64,000 bases of DNA from Solirubrobacteraceae bacterium (lineage in GTDB: Bacteria > Actinomycetota > Thermoleophilia > Solirubrobacterales > Solirubrobacteraceae), in the NCBI GenBank assembly GCA_050999075.1, contig JBPCPO010000072.1:16378-80377 (forward strand), given 5' to 3'. Positions 51,122 through 61,400 of the stretch are shown here, piece by piece; the first letter of the stretch is position 1, and every line of letters starts with the position of its first letter. The notes under the pieces are model-generated. The model saw only the letters and a list, made by a program, of their open reading frames with translations. It made no database searches and was not told where the DNA came from. A program made the position numbers and the translations under genes.

Positions 51122-53131
51122 TCACCCGCCGCGGTGCCCTCGCCCCTTGCCGTGCCCTCGCCCCTTGCCGTGCCCTCGCCGGTGGCGCGCGGGGGCGATC
51201 AGGAGCTCGTGTCTGACCGCCGTCACGTTGCCCGCCCGATCGGCGACGGTGACGGTGACTCGGTAGCGCCCCGCACGCCGGTAGACGTGGAACCTTCCGT
51301 CGGGAAGGCGATAGCTCGAGCCATCGCCCCAGTTGACCCGCACGGCGGCGATGCCCGACGCGTGGGCCGGGATCTCGGGCGCCGGCGCGTCGGTGTCACG
51401 GATGTGGACCTGGAGGCGGGAGCCGGCTCGCGCGGAGCCCGTCAGCGTGAAGCTGGCCGCCGGTGCCACCGTGTCCACCCAGACGGTGGCAACACGATCC
51501 GTTCTCGTGAGGCCAGCACGGTTGACGGCCGTGACCTGCCAGGGATGGGGCCCGTCGGACAGGGCAGCGGGGACCGCGAGCGAGGTGGCGGTGGTCCCAC
51601 CGATCACCGTTCCGTCCACCGAAACGGCGTAGCCGACCGGGCCGAAGGGCTCGTGGGCCGGTGTCCAAGCCAGCACCGGGTGGGCGGTGCGCGCGTACTG
51701 GAACGATGGTTCGGGGGCAAAGCCGCCCGGCGAGCGGTACAGCGTGCTGGCCACGATCTGCGTCGAGCCCCCGGTGCCCTGGACCCAGGCGATCGCCGCG
51801 TCGCCCTCGATGTCGCCCCCCGCGAACAGCCCCCGCGCGGCGTCGGTCGGCCCAAGGCTCGGTGAGGAGAGCACCGACTCCGCCCCGAAGCTCGATCGGC
51901 CGAAGTAGCGAGCGCGGATCTCCGGGGTCCCGCTGGACCCCGGAGACTGCTGCCATGCCACCAGGTAGGAGTACAGCCCGGCGATCGCCGGAACGGCGTA
52001 CGGCGCTCCCTGGTTCCCGAGGCTGTCCACCCGCTGCAGCGCTCCGCTGGCACCGTTGGCGCCCAGGAGCGTCGCGAACAGTTCGTGGGAGTTCTGGCGG
52101 GCTGAGGTCACCAGGCCGCGGCCGTACTCCGTCAGGGCGACCTGCGGCTCGTCGGAGCCGAAGGCTCCCGGGGTCGAGAGTCCATCGGGCTGGGTGACGC
52201 CGTCGTAGCGCGAGCCGCGCAGCCGATTGAGGAGCACCCGCGACTGTGGGGCCGAGCCGCTGGAGAGCACCTCGGCGAAGGCGACATCGACGTAGGAGGA
52301 GTCGCCGCCGACGGCCACCTCGGGTTGACCCGCCGAGACCTCGGTCGCGCCCGACAGCGACGGGACGTCGGCCTGCTCGTAGGCGACGCTCGGCGAGGAT
52401 CCCGACACCCGGCGGGAGTAGATGTGACCGCCTTCCCCCCACACGACGATCCCCACGCCGTCGCCGGCGGCGGCGACCGCGGGACGACCCGTGCCCGTGC
52501 CCGCATCGTCGCCTGGCACGGCGTCCAACGGCGCGGACTCCACCGTCCATCGGCCGGCGTGAAAGTACGCGCTGCGCACGTCGTGACCACCCGCGCCCAC
52601 GGCGGTGAAGGCCAGATACCCCTTGCCGAAATCGCTCAGCGCCAGCGCGGGGTTACTCGCCCCGTCGAACAGCTCGACGGGCGCGGATGGGGGATTCCCG
52701 GGCGCGGACGGGGGGGAGGAGCCCCCGCCGAGGTCGACGGTGAACAGCCGGCCGCCGTTGATGAACGCGATCAGCAGCCGACCGCCGTCCCCGGCCGCGA
52801 TCACCGGCTGGGTCGACGGAGCGGCCAGCGAGGCGTCGACCTGCTGTGGAGCGCCGAAGGACCCACCCTGCAAGCGCGAGACGAACACGTGCCCCACGCC
52901 GCCGACTGTCTCGAGGAACGCGAGGCCACCGGTTCCATCGCGGGCGACCGACAGCCCGGAGAGGCCGACGATGTCCGCGCTCGGACCGGCGAGCACCACG
53001 GGCGCGGTGCGCGCCGGATCCTGGACGGGCGCCGGATCCGCCGGTGAGGGGCTCGCGGGCAACCCCAGGCATCCGATCGCCACCAGCGCCACCGCGGGCA
53101 GCCGGCGCATGGTATGGCGATGGCGCTTCAC
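51122..53131 (-). CDS. Secreted repeat protein with C-terminal Fn3/PKD-like domains
   Basis: Signal peptide; repeated P.VA..GDG…VAW blades; VNWGDGS…HVYRRAGRYRVTVTVADRAGN. Confidence 0.8.
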   Translation of the reverse strand: MKRHRHTMRRLPAVALVAIGCLGLPASPSPADPAPVQDPARTAPVVLAGPSADIVGLSGLSVARDGTGGLAFLETVGGVGHVFVSRLQGGSFGAPQQVDASLAAPSTQPVIAAGDGGRLLIAFINGGRLFTVDLGGGSSPPSAPGNPPSAPVELFDGASNPALALSDFGKGYLAFTAVGAGGHDVRSAYFHAGRWTVESAPLDAVPGDDAGTGTGRPAVAAAGDGVGIVVWGEGGHIYSRRVSGSSPSVAYEQADVPSLSGATEVSAGQPEVAVGGDSSYVDVAFAEVLSSGSAPQSRVLLNRLRGSRYDGVTQPDGLSTPGAFGSDEPQVALTEYGRGLVTSARQNSHELFATLLGANGASGALQRVDSLGNQGAPYAVPAIAGLYSYLVAWQQSPGSSGTPEIRARYFGRSSFGAESVLSSPSLGPTDAARGLFAGGDIEGDAAIAWVQGTGGSTQIVASTLYRSPGGFAPEPSFQYARTAHPVLAWTPAHEPFGPVGYAVSVDGTVIGGTTATSLAVPAALSDGPHPWQVTAVNRAGLTRTDRVATVWVDTVAPAASFTLTGSARAGSRLQVHIRDTDAPAPEIPAHASGIAAVRVNWGDGSSYRLPDGRFHVYRRAGRYRVTVTVADRAGNVTAVRHELLIAPARHRRGHGKGRGHGKGRGHRGG
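51134..51180. repeat. 18-bp tandem repeat (2.6 copies) encoding an RGHGKG tail
   Basis: gtgccctcgccccttgcc x2 plus gtgccctcgcc. Confidence 0.85.
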
Positions 53132-53213
53132 GGTCCGGTAGTAGAACAGATGGAGCAGCGGCCGACGCGCCGAGGTCGGCGCGGGGGCATCGTGCGGCCT
53201 GGCGTCGGCGCAT

Positions 53214-54404
53214 CTAGCCGGCGATCAGGCCCGCCTGGCGGCGACCGTAGAGATGTCCGATCAGCGCGGCGCTCACGTTGGGATCGAACTGCGCTCCGGC
53301 GCACACGGTCAGCTCTCCGACCGCCTCGCTGTGAGAGCGCGCGGGCCGGTAGGGCCGGTCGGAGGTGATCGCGTGGTAGGTGTCGGCGGCGATGATGATC
53401 CGGCTGCCGAGGGGGATCTGCTCGCCGCACAGGCCGTCGGGGTAGCCGCCGCCGTCCCACCGCTCGTGCTCGTGGCGGACGATCCGCGCGACCGTGCCAA
53501 GGCCGGGCAGCACTCGCAGGATCCGCTCCCCGATCACCGGGTGCTCCTTCATCAGGATCCACTCCTGGTCGCTCAGCGGTCCGGGCTTGTGCAGGATCCC
53601 GTCGGGGATCGCGACCTTGCCGATGTCATGCAGCAGCGCCGCAGATTTGACCCGCTCCACCTCGGGCGCGCTGCACCCGAGGTTGCGCGCGACCGCGCCC
53701 GACATCTCGATCACGGCCTCGGAGTGCTCGCCGGTATAGCGGTCTCGCTCCAGCAGCGCCATCGCCAGGGCCTCGATCGCGTCGGCCTGAGAGCGCCCAG
53801 ACGGCTTGCCGGGCCCCGATTGCGCCTCGGGCTCGGTCGCCAGCACGGCGCGGCCGCCGCCGCTGAGCTGGGCCTGGTCGCAGGCCAGCCTGGCGCCGGC
53901 CAGCAGACCCTCGGCACTCACGCCGCGCCGCAGAGCGGCGACGCCCATCGACGCGCCCGCCGCTCTGATCGCCCCCTGGCCGATGACCTCCAGCTCCACC
54001 AGCAGACGCTCTAGCACCGGTAACGCCGCCGGCGCGTCGGTGTCGGGAAGCAGGAGGCCGAACTCGGCCTGCCCGGTGCGCCCGACGAGGTCGTGCGACC
54101 GGGTCGCGGCTCGGAGTCGCTGCGCGACGGTCCCGAGCAGCTCGTCGCCGGCCCGGAAGCCGTGCCGGAGCTCCAACGCCTGGAAGTCGTCGATCGAGAT
54201 GACCCCGACGCACAGGGTTCGCTGGTAGCGCGCGGCACGCTCCACCTCCTCTGACAGGCGGTCGCGAAACGCCCGGGCGCCGAGCAGTCCGGTGACGCTG
54301 TCGGTCCGGACACCCGCCGCGCAGTGGGCCTCGAGCTCGGCCACGCGCGCTCGCAGCTGCGTCACTTCGCGCAGCAGGTCGGCTTGATGTCCCTTCCCGA
54401 GCAT
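53214..54404 (-). CDS. Degenerate GGDEF plus HD-GYP c-di-GMP phosphodiesterase
   Basis: DSVTGL…IDDF…GDELL…GRTGQAEF; LLHDIGK, HEHERWDGGGYPDG, DRPYR. Confidence 0.9.
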   Translation of the reverse strand: MLGKGHQADLLREVTQLRARVAELEAHCAAGVRTDSVTGLLGARAFRDRLSEEVERAARYQRTLCVGVISIDDFQALELRHGFRAGDELLGTVAQRLRAATRSHDLVGRTGQAEFGLLLPDTDAPAALPVLERLLVELEVIGQGAIRAAGASMGVAALRRGVSAEGLLAGARLACDQAQLSGGGRAVLATEPEAQSGPGKPSGRSQADAIEALAMALLERDRYTGEHSEAVIEMSGAVARNLGCSAPEVERVKSAALLHDIGKVAIPDGILHKPGPLSDQEWILMKEHPVIGERILRVLPGLGTVARIVRHEHERWDGGGYPDGLCGEQIPLGSRIIIAADTYHAITSDRPYRPARSHSEAVGELTVCAGAQFDPNVSAALIGHLYGRRQAGLIAG

Positions 54405-54413
54405 CCACTTCGG

Positions 54414-54441
54414 ATATCGGCAGTTGGGGTGCCGGCCTGGA
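54414..54441 (-). promoter_or_regulatory. Putative sigma28/WhiG-type promoter TCCA-N16-GCCGATAT
   Basis: GCCGATAT ends 9 nt before the ATG of the HD-GYP gene. Confidence 0.5.
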
Positions 54442-54463
54442 GGCGTCCGGGGATCGACGGAGA

Positions 54464-54991
54464 ATGTCTGGCGAGATGATCGTGCTCGGTATCGACCCCG
54501 GAACCGCGAGCACCGGCTACGGCGTGGTGCGGGGCAGCGGATCGCGGTTGGGAGCGGTGGCGATGGGGGTGATCCAGACGCGGGCCGGCGTACCGGTCGA
54601 GCGCCGCCTGGCCGACATCCACCGGCGGGTCGGAGAGCTGCTCGACGCTCACCGTCCGGACGCGGTGGCGATCGAGGAGCTCTATTTCGGGGCCAACGTG
54701 CGTACCGCGTTCGCGGTCGGTCAGGCTCGCGGCGTCGTGCTGCTCGCCGCCGGCCAGCGGGGGGTGCCCTCGCGCTCGTACACCCCGCAGCAGGTCAAGA
54801 GCGCCGTCTGCGGCCACGGGGGAGCGGCCAAGGACCAGGTCGGGCGGATGGTGGCGCGACTGCTGGACCTGTCCGGAGCGCCTCAGGCCGATCACGCCGC
54901 CGACGCGCTGGCGGTGGCGATCTGCGACCTCAACCGGGCGCCGCTGGCCCGCGCCGTCGCGGCCGTCCCCGGTGCCGGAGCGCGGGCGTGA
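54464..54991 (+). CDS. ruvC: Holliday junction resolvase
   Basis: VLGIDPG, AIEELYF, VGQARG, VKSAVCGHGGAAKDQV, DHAADALAVA. Confidence 0.96.
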   Translation: MSGEMIVLGIDPGTASTGYGVVRGSGSRLGAVAMGVIQTRAGVPVERRLADIHRRVGELLDAHRPDAVAIEELYFGANVRTAFAVGQARGVVLLAAGQRGVPSRSYTPQQVKSAVCGHGGAAKDQVGRMVARLLDLSGAPQADHAADALAVAICDLNRAPLARAVAAVPGAGARA

Positions 54992-55563
54992 TCGCGCTCG
55001 TCTCGGGCTCGGTGGCCGTTCGTCGCAACGATCACGTGGTGATCGACTGCGGCGGGGTCGGGTACCGGCTCGCGATCTCGGCCGAGACGCTGAAGCAGGT
55101 GCCGGCGGTGGGACGCGAGGTGCAGCTCCACAGTCACCTGGTCGTTCGCGATGACGCGCTCCAGCTCTACGGGTTCGCGACCGAAGACGAGCGGGACCTG
55201 TTCCTGATGCTGCTCGCCGTGCAGTCGGTCGGGCCCAAGGTGGCCCTGGCGGTGCTCTCCGGGGGCTCCTCGCGACAGGTGCTGGCCGCGGTGGCGGCGG
55301 GCGACACCGCTCGCCTGCAGGCCGCGCCCGGGGTGGGGCGACGGACAGCGGAGCGGATCGTCGTCGAGCTGCGGGAGAAGGTCGAGGCCACCCTGCCCGA
55401 CCAGGCGGCCTCGACCATCCCCGACGAGCCGCGCGCCCTGGCTCGGGAGGGGCTGCTGAGCCTGGGCTACAGCCCGATCGAAGCCGACGAGCTGCTGTCG
55501 AGCGCGTCGGGCGATGAGGCCAGCGAGCTGATCGCCGACGCCCTGCGGATCGCGCGCCGATGA
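54988..55563 (+). CDS. ruvA: Holliday junction branch migration protein RuvA
   Basis: [39 protein letters not shown]. Confidence 0.95.
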   Translation: MIALVSGSVAVRRNDHVVIDCGGVGYRLAISAETLKQVPAVGREVQLHSHLVVRDDALQLYGFATEDERDLFLMLLAVQSVGPKVALAVLSGGSSRQVLAAVAAGDTARLQAAPGVGRRTAERIVVELREKVEATLPDQAASTIPDEPRALAREGLLSLGYSPIEADELLSSASGDEASELIADALRIARR

Positions 55564-56606
55564 GCGGCGCGCGTCAGGACAGTGCCCGGGCGCAGCGTGA
55601 GCCCCGTGTCCAAGCCCCGGAGGCGCTGCCCGACGAGGAGCTCGACCGCTCACTTCGCCCCCGGCGCCTTGAGGACTTCGTCGGACAGGAGATCCTCAAG
55701 GACCAGCTCGCGGTCTCGATCCAGGCCGCGGTCAGCCGGGGCGAGGCGCTGGACCACGTGCTCCTCGCCGGACCCCCCGGGCTCGGGAAGACTTCGCTGG
55801 CGCAGATCGTCGCCGCCGAGCTCGGCGTCGCCTTCGTGCAGACCGCGGGTCCGGCGCTCGAGCGCAAGGGTGACATCGCGTCGTTCCTGACCGCGCTCGA
55901 GCCTCGGGCGGTGTTCTTCGTCGACGAGATCCATCGGTTGCCCAGGGCGCTGGAGGAAACCTTCTATCCCGCGATGGAGGACCGCTGCCTGCCGATCACC
56001 GTCGGTCAGGGGGCCGGGGCGCGGATCGTGACGCTCGAGCTGCCTCCGTTCACGTTGATCGGCGCCACCACGCGGGCGGGACTGCTGAGCACCCCGCTGC
56101 GCGATCGGTTCGGAATCCAGCATCGGTTGGAGCACTACGGCGCCGACGACCTGGCTCGGATCGTGCGGCGCTCCTCGAGGCTGCTCGAGGTGGCGATCGA
56201 GGACGACGGCGCCCGGGCGATCGCGCGGCGCAGCCGGGGCACCCCCCGCGTCGCCAACCGGCTCCTGAAGCGGGTCCGCGACTACGCCCAGGTGCGCCAC
56301 GGGGGTGTCGTCACCGCGCCGATCGCGGCGGCGGCGCTCGATCTGCTGCAGGTCGACGAGGAGGGCCTGGACCACCTCGATCGCCAGATCCTGCGGGCCA
56401 TCTGCGAGAAGTTCGCCGGCGGTCCGGTGGGTCTCTCGACGCTCGCGGTGGCGGTCGGGGAGGAGCAGGACACGATCGAGGACGTGTACGAGCCCTACCT
56501 GCTCCAGCGTGGCCTGCTCGAGCGCACCCCCCGTGGGCGCGCCGCCACCAAGCGCGCGTTCGAGCACCTGAGCCTCGAGCCTCCAGGGCCCCTGGCGCTC
56601 CTCTAG
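55560..56606 (+). CDS. ruvB: Holliday junction helicase RuvB
   Basis: [43 protein letters not shown]. Confidence 0.97.
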   Translation: MSGARQDSARAQREPRVQAPEALPDEELDRSLRPRRLEDFVGQEILKDQLAVSIQAAVSRGEALDHVLLAGPPGLGKTSLAQIVAAELGVAFVQTAGPALERKGDIASFLTALEPRAVFFVDEIHRLPRALEETFYPAMEDRCLPITVGQGAGARIVTLELPPFTLIGATTRAGLLSTPLRDRFGIQHRLEHYGADDLARIVRRSSRLLEVAIEDDGARAIARRSRGTPRVANRLLKRVRDYAQVRHGGVVTAPIAAAALDLLQVDEEGLDHLDRQILRAICEKFAGGPVGLSTLAVAVGEEQDTIEDVYEPYLLQRGLLERTPRGRAATKRAFEHLSLEPPGPLALL

Positions 56607-56674
56607 CGCTTCCCCAGGAAGACCGCGGATGGCACAGAGGCCTCAATAACCGGTGGGAACGCCGTCGTCGTGGC

Positions 56675-57184
56675 CTACGGGCGGTCGACCTCGAGGACCT
56701 CGACAAGTCGCTGCATGACGGCGAGCGCGGCGAGCAGCTCGTGGGTGCCCACGGCCTGGCCCACTCGATCGGCCCAGGGGTGTTGCACGAGGGAGATGCG
56801 TCGGAGAGCCCAGTAGCCGGCCTCGGTGCAGGCCAGCAGCTTCGCGCGACGGTGGGCGGGATTGGCGCGGTACTCGGCCAGGCCGCGCTCAACGAGCAGG
56901 TCGGCGACGCGCTGGACGCCCTGCCGCGTCATGCCCATCCGCCGCGCGATCTCGGCGACGGTCCGGGGTTGGTCCAGCACGCCGCCGATCACCTGCCACC
57001 AGGCAGCGGTCAGCTCGCCGGCTGCGGCCATGTTCTTGGCGGCGTCCATCAGGCGGCCGTGGAGACGTAAGGTGGTCAGGATCACCTCGGTCAGGGCCGT
57101 GCCGGCGGGCGTGGCGCCATCGGGCTGCGGCCATCGTTCGCGCGGCGGTATCGCTGCGCCCGAGGTCGGGCGAGCGACGCTCAC
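56675..57184 (-). CDS. MarR family transcriptional regulator
   Basis: LTAAWWQVIG…TVAEIARRMGMTRQGVQRVADLL…NPAHRRAKL; GTG overlaps the upstream stop. Confidence 0.88.
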   Translation of the reverse strand: MSVARPTSGAAIPPRERWPQPDGATPAGTALTEVILTTLRLHGRLMDAAKNMAAAGELTAAWWQVIGGVLDQPRTVAEIARRMGMTRQGVQRVADLLVERGLAEYRANPAHRRAKLLACTEAGYWALRRISLVQHPWADRVGQAVGTHELLAALAVMQRLVEVLEVDRP

Positions 57185-57819
57185 GCCGCCTGTACGGCTT
57201 TGGCACGCATGAGCGCGGGAAAGCACGACGCATCGCCGTGATGAAAGACGCCTTCATACGCCTCGAGCGTCGACTCGGACACCAGGCTCAGGGCCCAGAG
57301 CGTCGCGGCGGCGAACTGCACGGGGCTGTCAGGACCGGCGGTGATCAGCAGCCGATCGTCGTCGACCACGACGCGCGCGTCCTCATACCGCGGGCCACCC
57401 GCGTAGCCGCTGGTCGCGAGGTACTCCCGAGCGCCGCTGGTGTGTCGCCGGTCGTCGAGGAGACCCGCTCGCGCCAGGCCGAACGTGGCGCCGCAGATCG
57501 CCGCGACCGGTGTTCCAGCGGCCAGAAAGCGTCGCGCGAGCTCGGCGAATATCGCCCCCCCGCCGACGTCCCAGAATCCGGCGCCGGGAAGGATCAGCAC
57601 GTCGGCGACGCTCGGGTCGGCATCGGCGAGCAGCAGGTCAGGCTCCAAGCGCAGGCCGCCCATGGTCGTGACCGGATCGAGCGACTCGGCGACGCTCGAG
57701 ACCTCGAACGGCGTACCGGTGAAGCGGCCCGTCCGCAGCTCAGCGAGTAGATGCCCCGGCTCCCAGTCGGCGAGCGTGTCGTAGATGGTGACGTAGGCGA
57801 TAGGTGAGATAGACAACAT
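57181..57819 (-). CDS. DJ-1/PfpI family protein
   Basis: YDTLADWE, TMGGL, LILPG, VAAICGAT, HTS, LITA. Confidence 0.88.
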   Translation of the reverse strand: MLSISPIAYVTIYDTLADWEPGHLLAELRTGRFTGTPFEVSSVAESLDPVTTMGGLRLEPDLLLADADPSVADVLILPGAGFWDVGGGAIFAELARRFLAAGTPVAAICGATFGLARAGLLDDRRHTSGAREYLATSGYAGGPRYEDARVVVDDDRLLITAGPDSPVQFAAATLWALSLVSESTLEAYEGVFHHGDASCFPALMRAKAVQAA

Positions 57820-57846
57820 CTTGTCATTACCGCAGCGTATTGTCAA
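57812..57846 (-). promoter_or_regulatory. TTGACA-N17-CAAGAT promoter overlapped by tandem TGACAA-N4-(T)TGTC operator-like boxes
   Basis: Minus strand reads TTGACAatacgctgcggtaaTGACAAgatgTTGTCt. Confidence 0.6.
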
Positions 57847-57938
57847 ACACGGTCGGAGGCCCTTGAACGGGCCCGGGGGGTTGCGGCGGCGATGGACCGC
57901 AGGGGTGCGCCAGGGACTGGTAGCTATCCTCTCGCGCG

Positions 57939-58403
57939 ATGCCCCACGAGCACTATTTCATCTGCCCCCATTGCGGCCACCGTTCGATGGGCACCGACCG
58001 CAACGCCGGGTTCCGGCGGGAAGCGCGAGGGTGCGAGAAGTGTGGCTTTGCCTATCTGTTCGAGCTGCTCGACGACTACTACCCGGCGCCGAACGCCGCC
58101 TTCTTCGCCTGCGACGCCGACGGACGGATCGTCGATTGCGGGAGAGGCTCGTTCGAGTTGACCGGTCTGAAGACCGAGCAGGCCATCGGCCGGACCGTCG
58201 GCGAAGCCCTGGGCCTTCGCTTCGAGGACGGGACCGATCACGTCGGCACGGCGCTGGAATGGGAGGTCCGGGTGCAGCGCAAGCCGGTGCAGCTCACCGC
58301 CGAGCACGATCTGACCGCCAGCGCGGTGGCCGACATCTTCCCCGCCTACGACGACGAGGAGGGGGGAGTGCTGGTGGTGCTCACCCCGGCCAACCACCAC
58401 TAG
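57939..58403 (+). CDS. Zinc-ribbon plus PAS-like domain protein
   Basis: CPHC…CEKC, then AFFACDADGRIVDCGRGSFELTGL…AIGRTV; TATCCT 8 nt upstream. Confidence 0.75.
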   Translation: MPHEHYFICPHCGHRSMGTDRNAGFRREARGCEKCGFAYLFELLDDYYPAPNAAFFACDADGRIVDCGRGSFELTGLKTEQAIGRTVGEALGLRFEDGTDHVGTALEWEVRVQRKPVQLTAEHDLTASAVADIFPAYDDEEGGVLVVLTPANHH

Positions 58404-58409
58404 GCTCCG

Positions 58410-61400
58410 ATGAGCGACCGCAAGCGCTACGGCTTCGTGCTGCTCCTGGTCGTCGGGTTGGTGGCGGCGTCGCTGGTCGCGATGACGCAGCTGAAGACCA
58501 TCCTCGGGCTCGACCTGAAGGGTGGGGTGGAGCTCGTCTATCAGGGTCAGCCCACCCGGCAGACGCCGGTGGTTACTCAGGCCGCGCTTCAGCGCGCGGT
58601 CGACATCATGCGCGAGCGCGTCGACCAGCTCGGCGTCTCGGAGCCTCAGATTCAGACCTCGGGGGGCAAGCAGATCACGGTCGGGCTGCCCGACGTCACC
58701 GACGTCCGACGCGCGGAGCAGCAGGTCGGGACGACCGCGCGCCTGGAATTCTACGACTGGGAGGCGACCGCGCTGACGCCCAACGGCAAGATCGTCGCCG
58801 ACCAGCTTCAGACTCAGGATCCGCTGGCGATACAGATCAGCCGGGGCCTCGGCGCCGGCTCGCCGGGGAACCCGGGCGGCGGTAGCACCTCGCTGTTCAA
58901 TGCGGTCACGCTGGCCTCCAAGCAGCCATCGCAGGTGAGCTCGGACAACGCGCGCAACGGACCCCAGTACTACCTGTTCGGGGCACCCGGCAGCGCGGCC
59001 TGTGCGACGGCGGCCAAAGACCAGGGCAAGCCGGCCACGCCCGGCGTCCACTGCCTGCTCTCGGGCCCCGACCAGAACATGCAGGATCTGGTCACCGGCG
59101 TGCCCCCGGGGGTGAGCCCGTCGGGCGGCACGACGCTGATCGTTCCCGAGGGAACCGTGGTGCTCCAGGCCGCCGACGCGAGCGCCAGTCACAAGACGGC
59201 GTTCAACGATCCTCTGGCTCAGTTCTACGTGCTCAAGGATCACGTCTCGCTGCTGGGCACCGACATCACCAATCCCCAGCAGAGCACCGACCAGACCGGC
59301 AATCCCGACGTCACCTTCTCCTTCACCGCGAAGGGCAAGACCGAGTTTCAGAACGTCACCGCCGCGATCGCCCATCGAGGCGATCGGGTCAGCGGCTTGG
59401 GCCAGAAGCTCTACCAGCACTTCGCCGTGGCCCTGGACAACAAGCTCGTCACCGTCCCCTTCATCAACTTCACCACCGATCCGGATGGGATACCCGGGGA
59501 CAGCGGCGCCGACATCACCGGCGGCTTCACCATCCAGTCCGCCCAGGATCTCGCCACGCAGCTGCGCCTCGGGGCGCTGCCGATCAACCTGACGCTGATC
59601 TCGGAGTCCCAGGTCTCGGCCACGCTCGGCAAGCAGGCGCTGCACCAGGGGCTGCTCGCGGGGCTGGCGGGGTTGCTGGTGGTCGTTGTCTTCCTGCTCG
59701 TCTACTACCGCGTGCTCGGGGTGATCGCCACCGCGGGACTGCTCGTGTACGCGATCTACTTCTACGCGCTGATCAAGCTGATCCCGATCACCCTCACGCT
59801 GGCCGGGATCGCCGGTCTGATCCTCACCATCGGCGTCGCCGCCGACGCCAACATCGTCATCTTCGAGCGGGTCAAGGAGGAGATCCGGGCCGGACGCTCG
59901 ATCCGTCAGGGGATCATCACGGGGTATCGCAAGGGCCTGACCGCGATCATCGACGCGAACGTGGTCACGATCATGACCGCGTTCATCCTGTTCGTGCTCG
60001 CCACCGCCGACGTGAAGGGGTTCGCGTTCACGCTCGGGATCGGGACGTTCGTGTCGCTGTTCACCGCCGTGCTCGCGACGCAGGCGATCCTGATGACGAT
60101 GGGCAGCTCACGCGTGATCTCGCGCCCCTCGGCGCTCGGGGCCGGCGGCAAGAAGCGGGCGTGGCGCTTCGACTTCATGGGGGCCTCGAAGTACTTCTTC
60201 TCCATGTCGGGAGCGATCCTGCTGATCGGGGCGCTGGCCATCGGCGGCAGGGGACTGAACCTGGGGATCGACTTCACCTCGGGGACCCGGATCGCCGTCG
60301 GCCTCGAGCATCCCGCCAGCGTGCAGCAGGTCAAGTCGCTCGTCACCGCGGCGGGCGCGAGCAACGTGACCGTGCAGGGGGTCTCGGGAGACAAGACGCT
60401 CGGTCCGGACGGCTTCCAGATCTCCTCCAAGCAGCTCCAGCCGACGGGCGTGGCGAGCGTGCGCAGCGCGTTACAGACCCGCTTCGGGATCCGCGCCAAC
60501 GGCAACGACATCAACACCACGTCGGTCGGCCCGACCTTCGGGACCACGGTCGCCAACAGCGCCGTGATCGCGATCATCGCCTCCCTGCTGGTGATCTCCG
60601 CCTACGTCGCGCTGCGGTTCGAGTGGAAGTTCGCGATCCCGGTGCTGATCGCGCTGATGCACGACCTGCTGATCACCGCCGGGGTGTACTCGCTCACCGG
60701 CCGGGCGGTGACGACGGATACGGTGGCCGCGCTGCTGACCATCTTGGGCTACTCGCTCTACGACACCATCATCGTGTTCGACCGCGTGCGGGAGAACATC
60801 CCGCGGATGCCGCGGGCCGCCTTCTCGCAGATCGTCAACCGCTCGATGTCCGAGGTGCTGACGCGATCGATCGCCACCACGTCGTGCACGCTGATGCCGG
60901 TCGTCGCGCTGCTGCTGTTCGGCGGTGGGGGCGTGCTCGGAGACTTCGCCTTCGCGCTGCTGATCGGCGTGGCGTCGGGTGCCTACTCCTCGATCTTCAT
61001 CGCCTCCCCGGTGCTGACCCACTGGAAGGAGCGCGAGACGCTCTACCGCGGGCGCCGGCGCCGGATCGTCGCCGAGACCGGATTCGTCCCGGCCTACGCA
61101 GCGAGTGCCACCGACGTCGATCCGACGCCCACTCGGGCGCGGCGGACCGGACGCTTGACCACCCCCGAGGCCGAGACCGTGTCGGCGGCCGAGTTCGAGC
61201 AGATGAAGCGCGACCTGGAGATCGAGGCGGATCTGGCTCCGCCCCGACCCTCGACGCGTTCGATCACCAAGCGTCTGGCGCGCGGCCCCGGTGCCGATCA
61301 GCCCCCGCCGGCGGCGGGGACAAACGGGGGGACCGGTAACGGTGGGCCGCGTGAAGTTGACGGGACCGCCGAGGCTCGTCCAGACGACGGTGGGGCGGGC

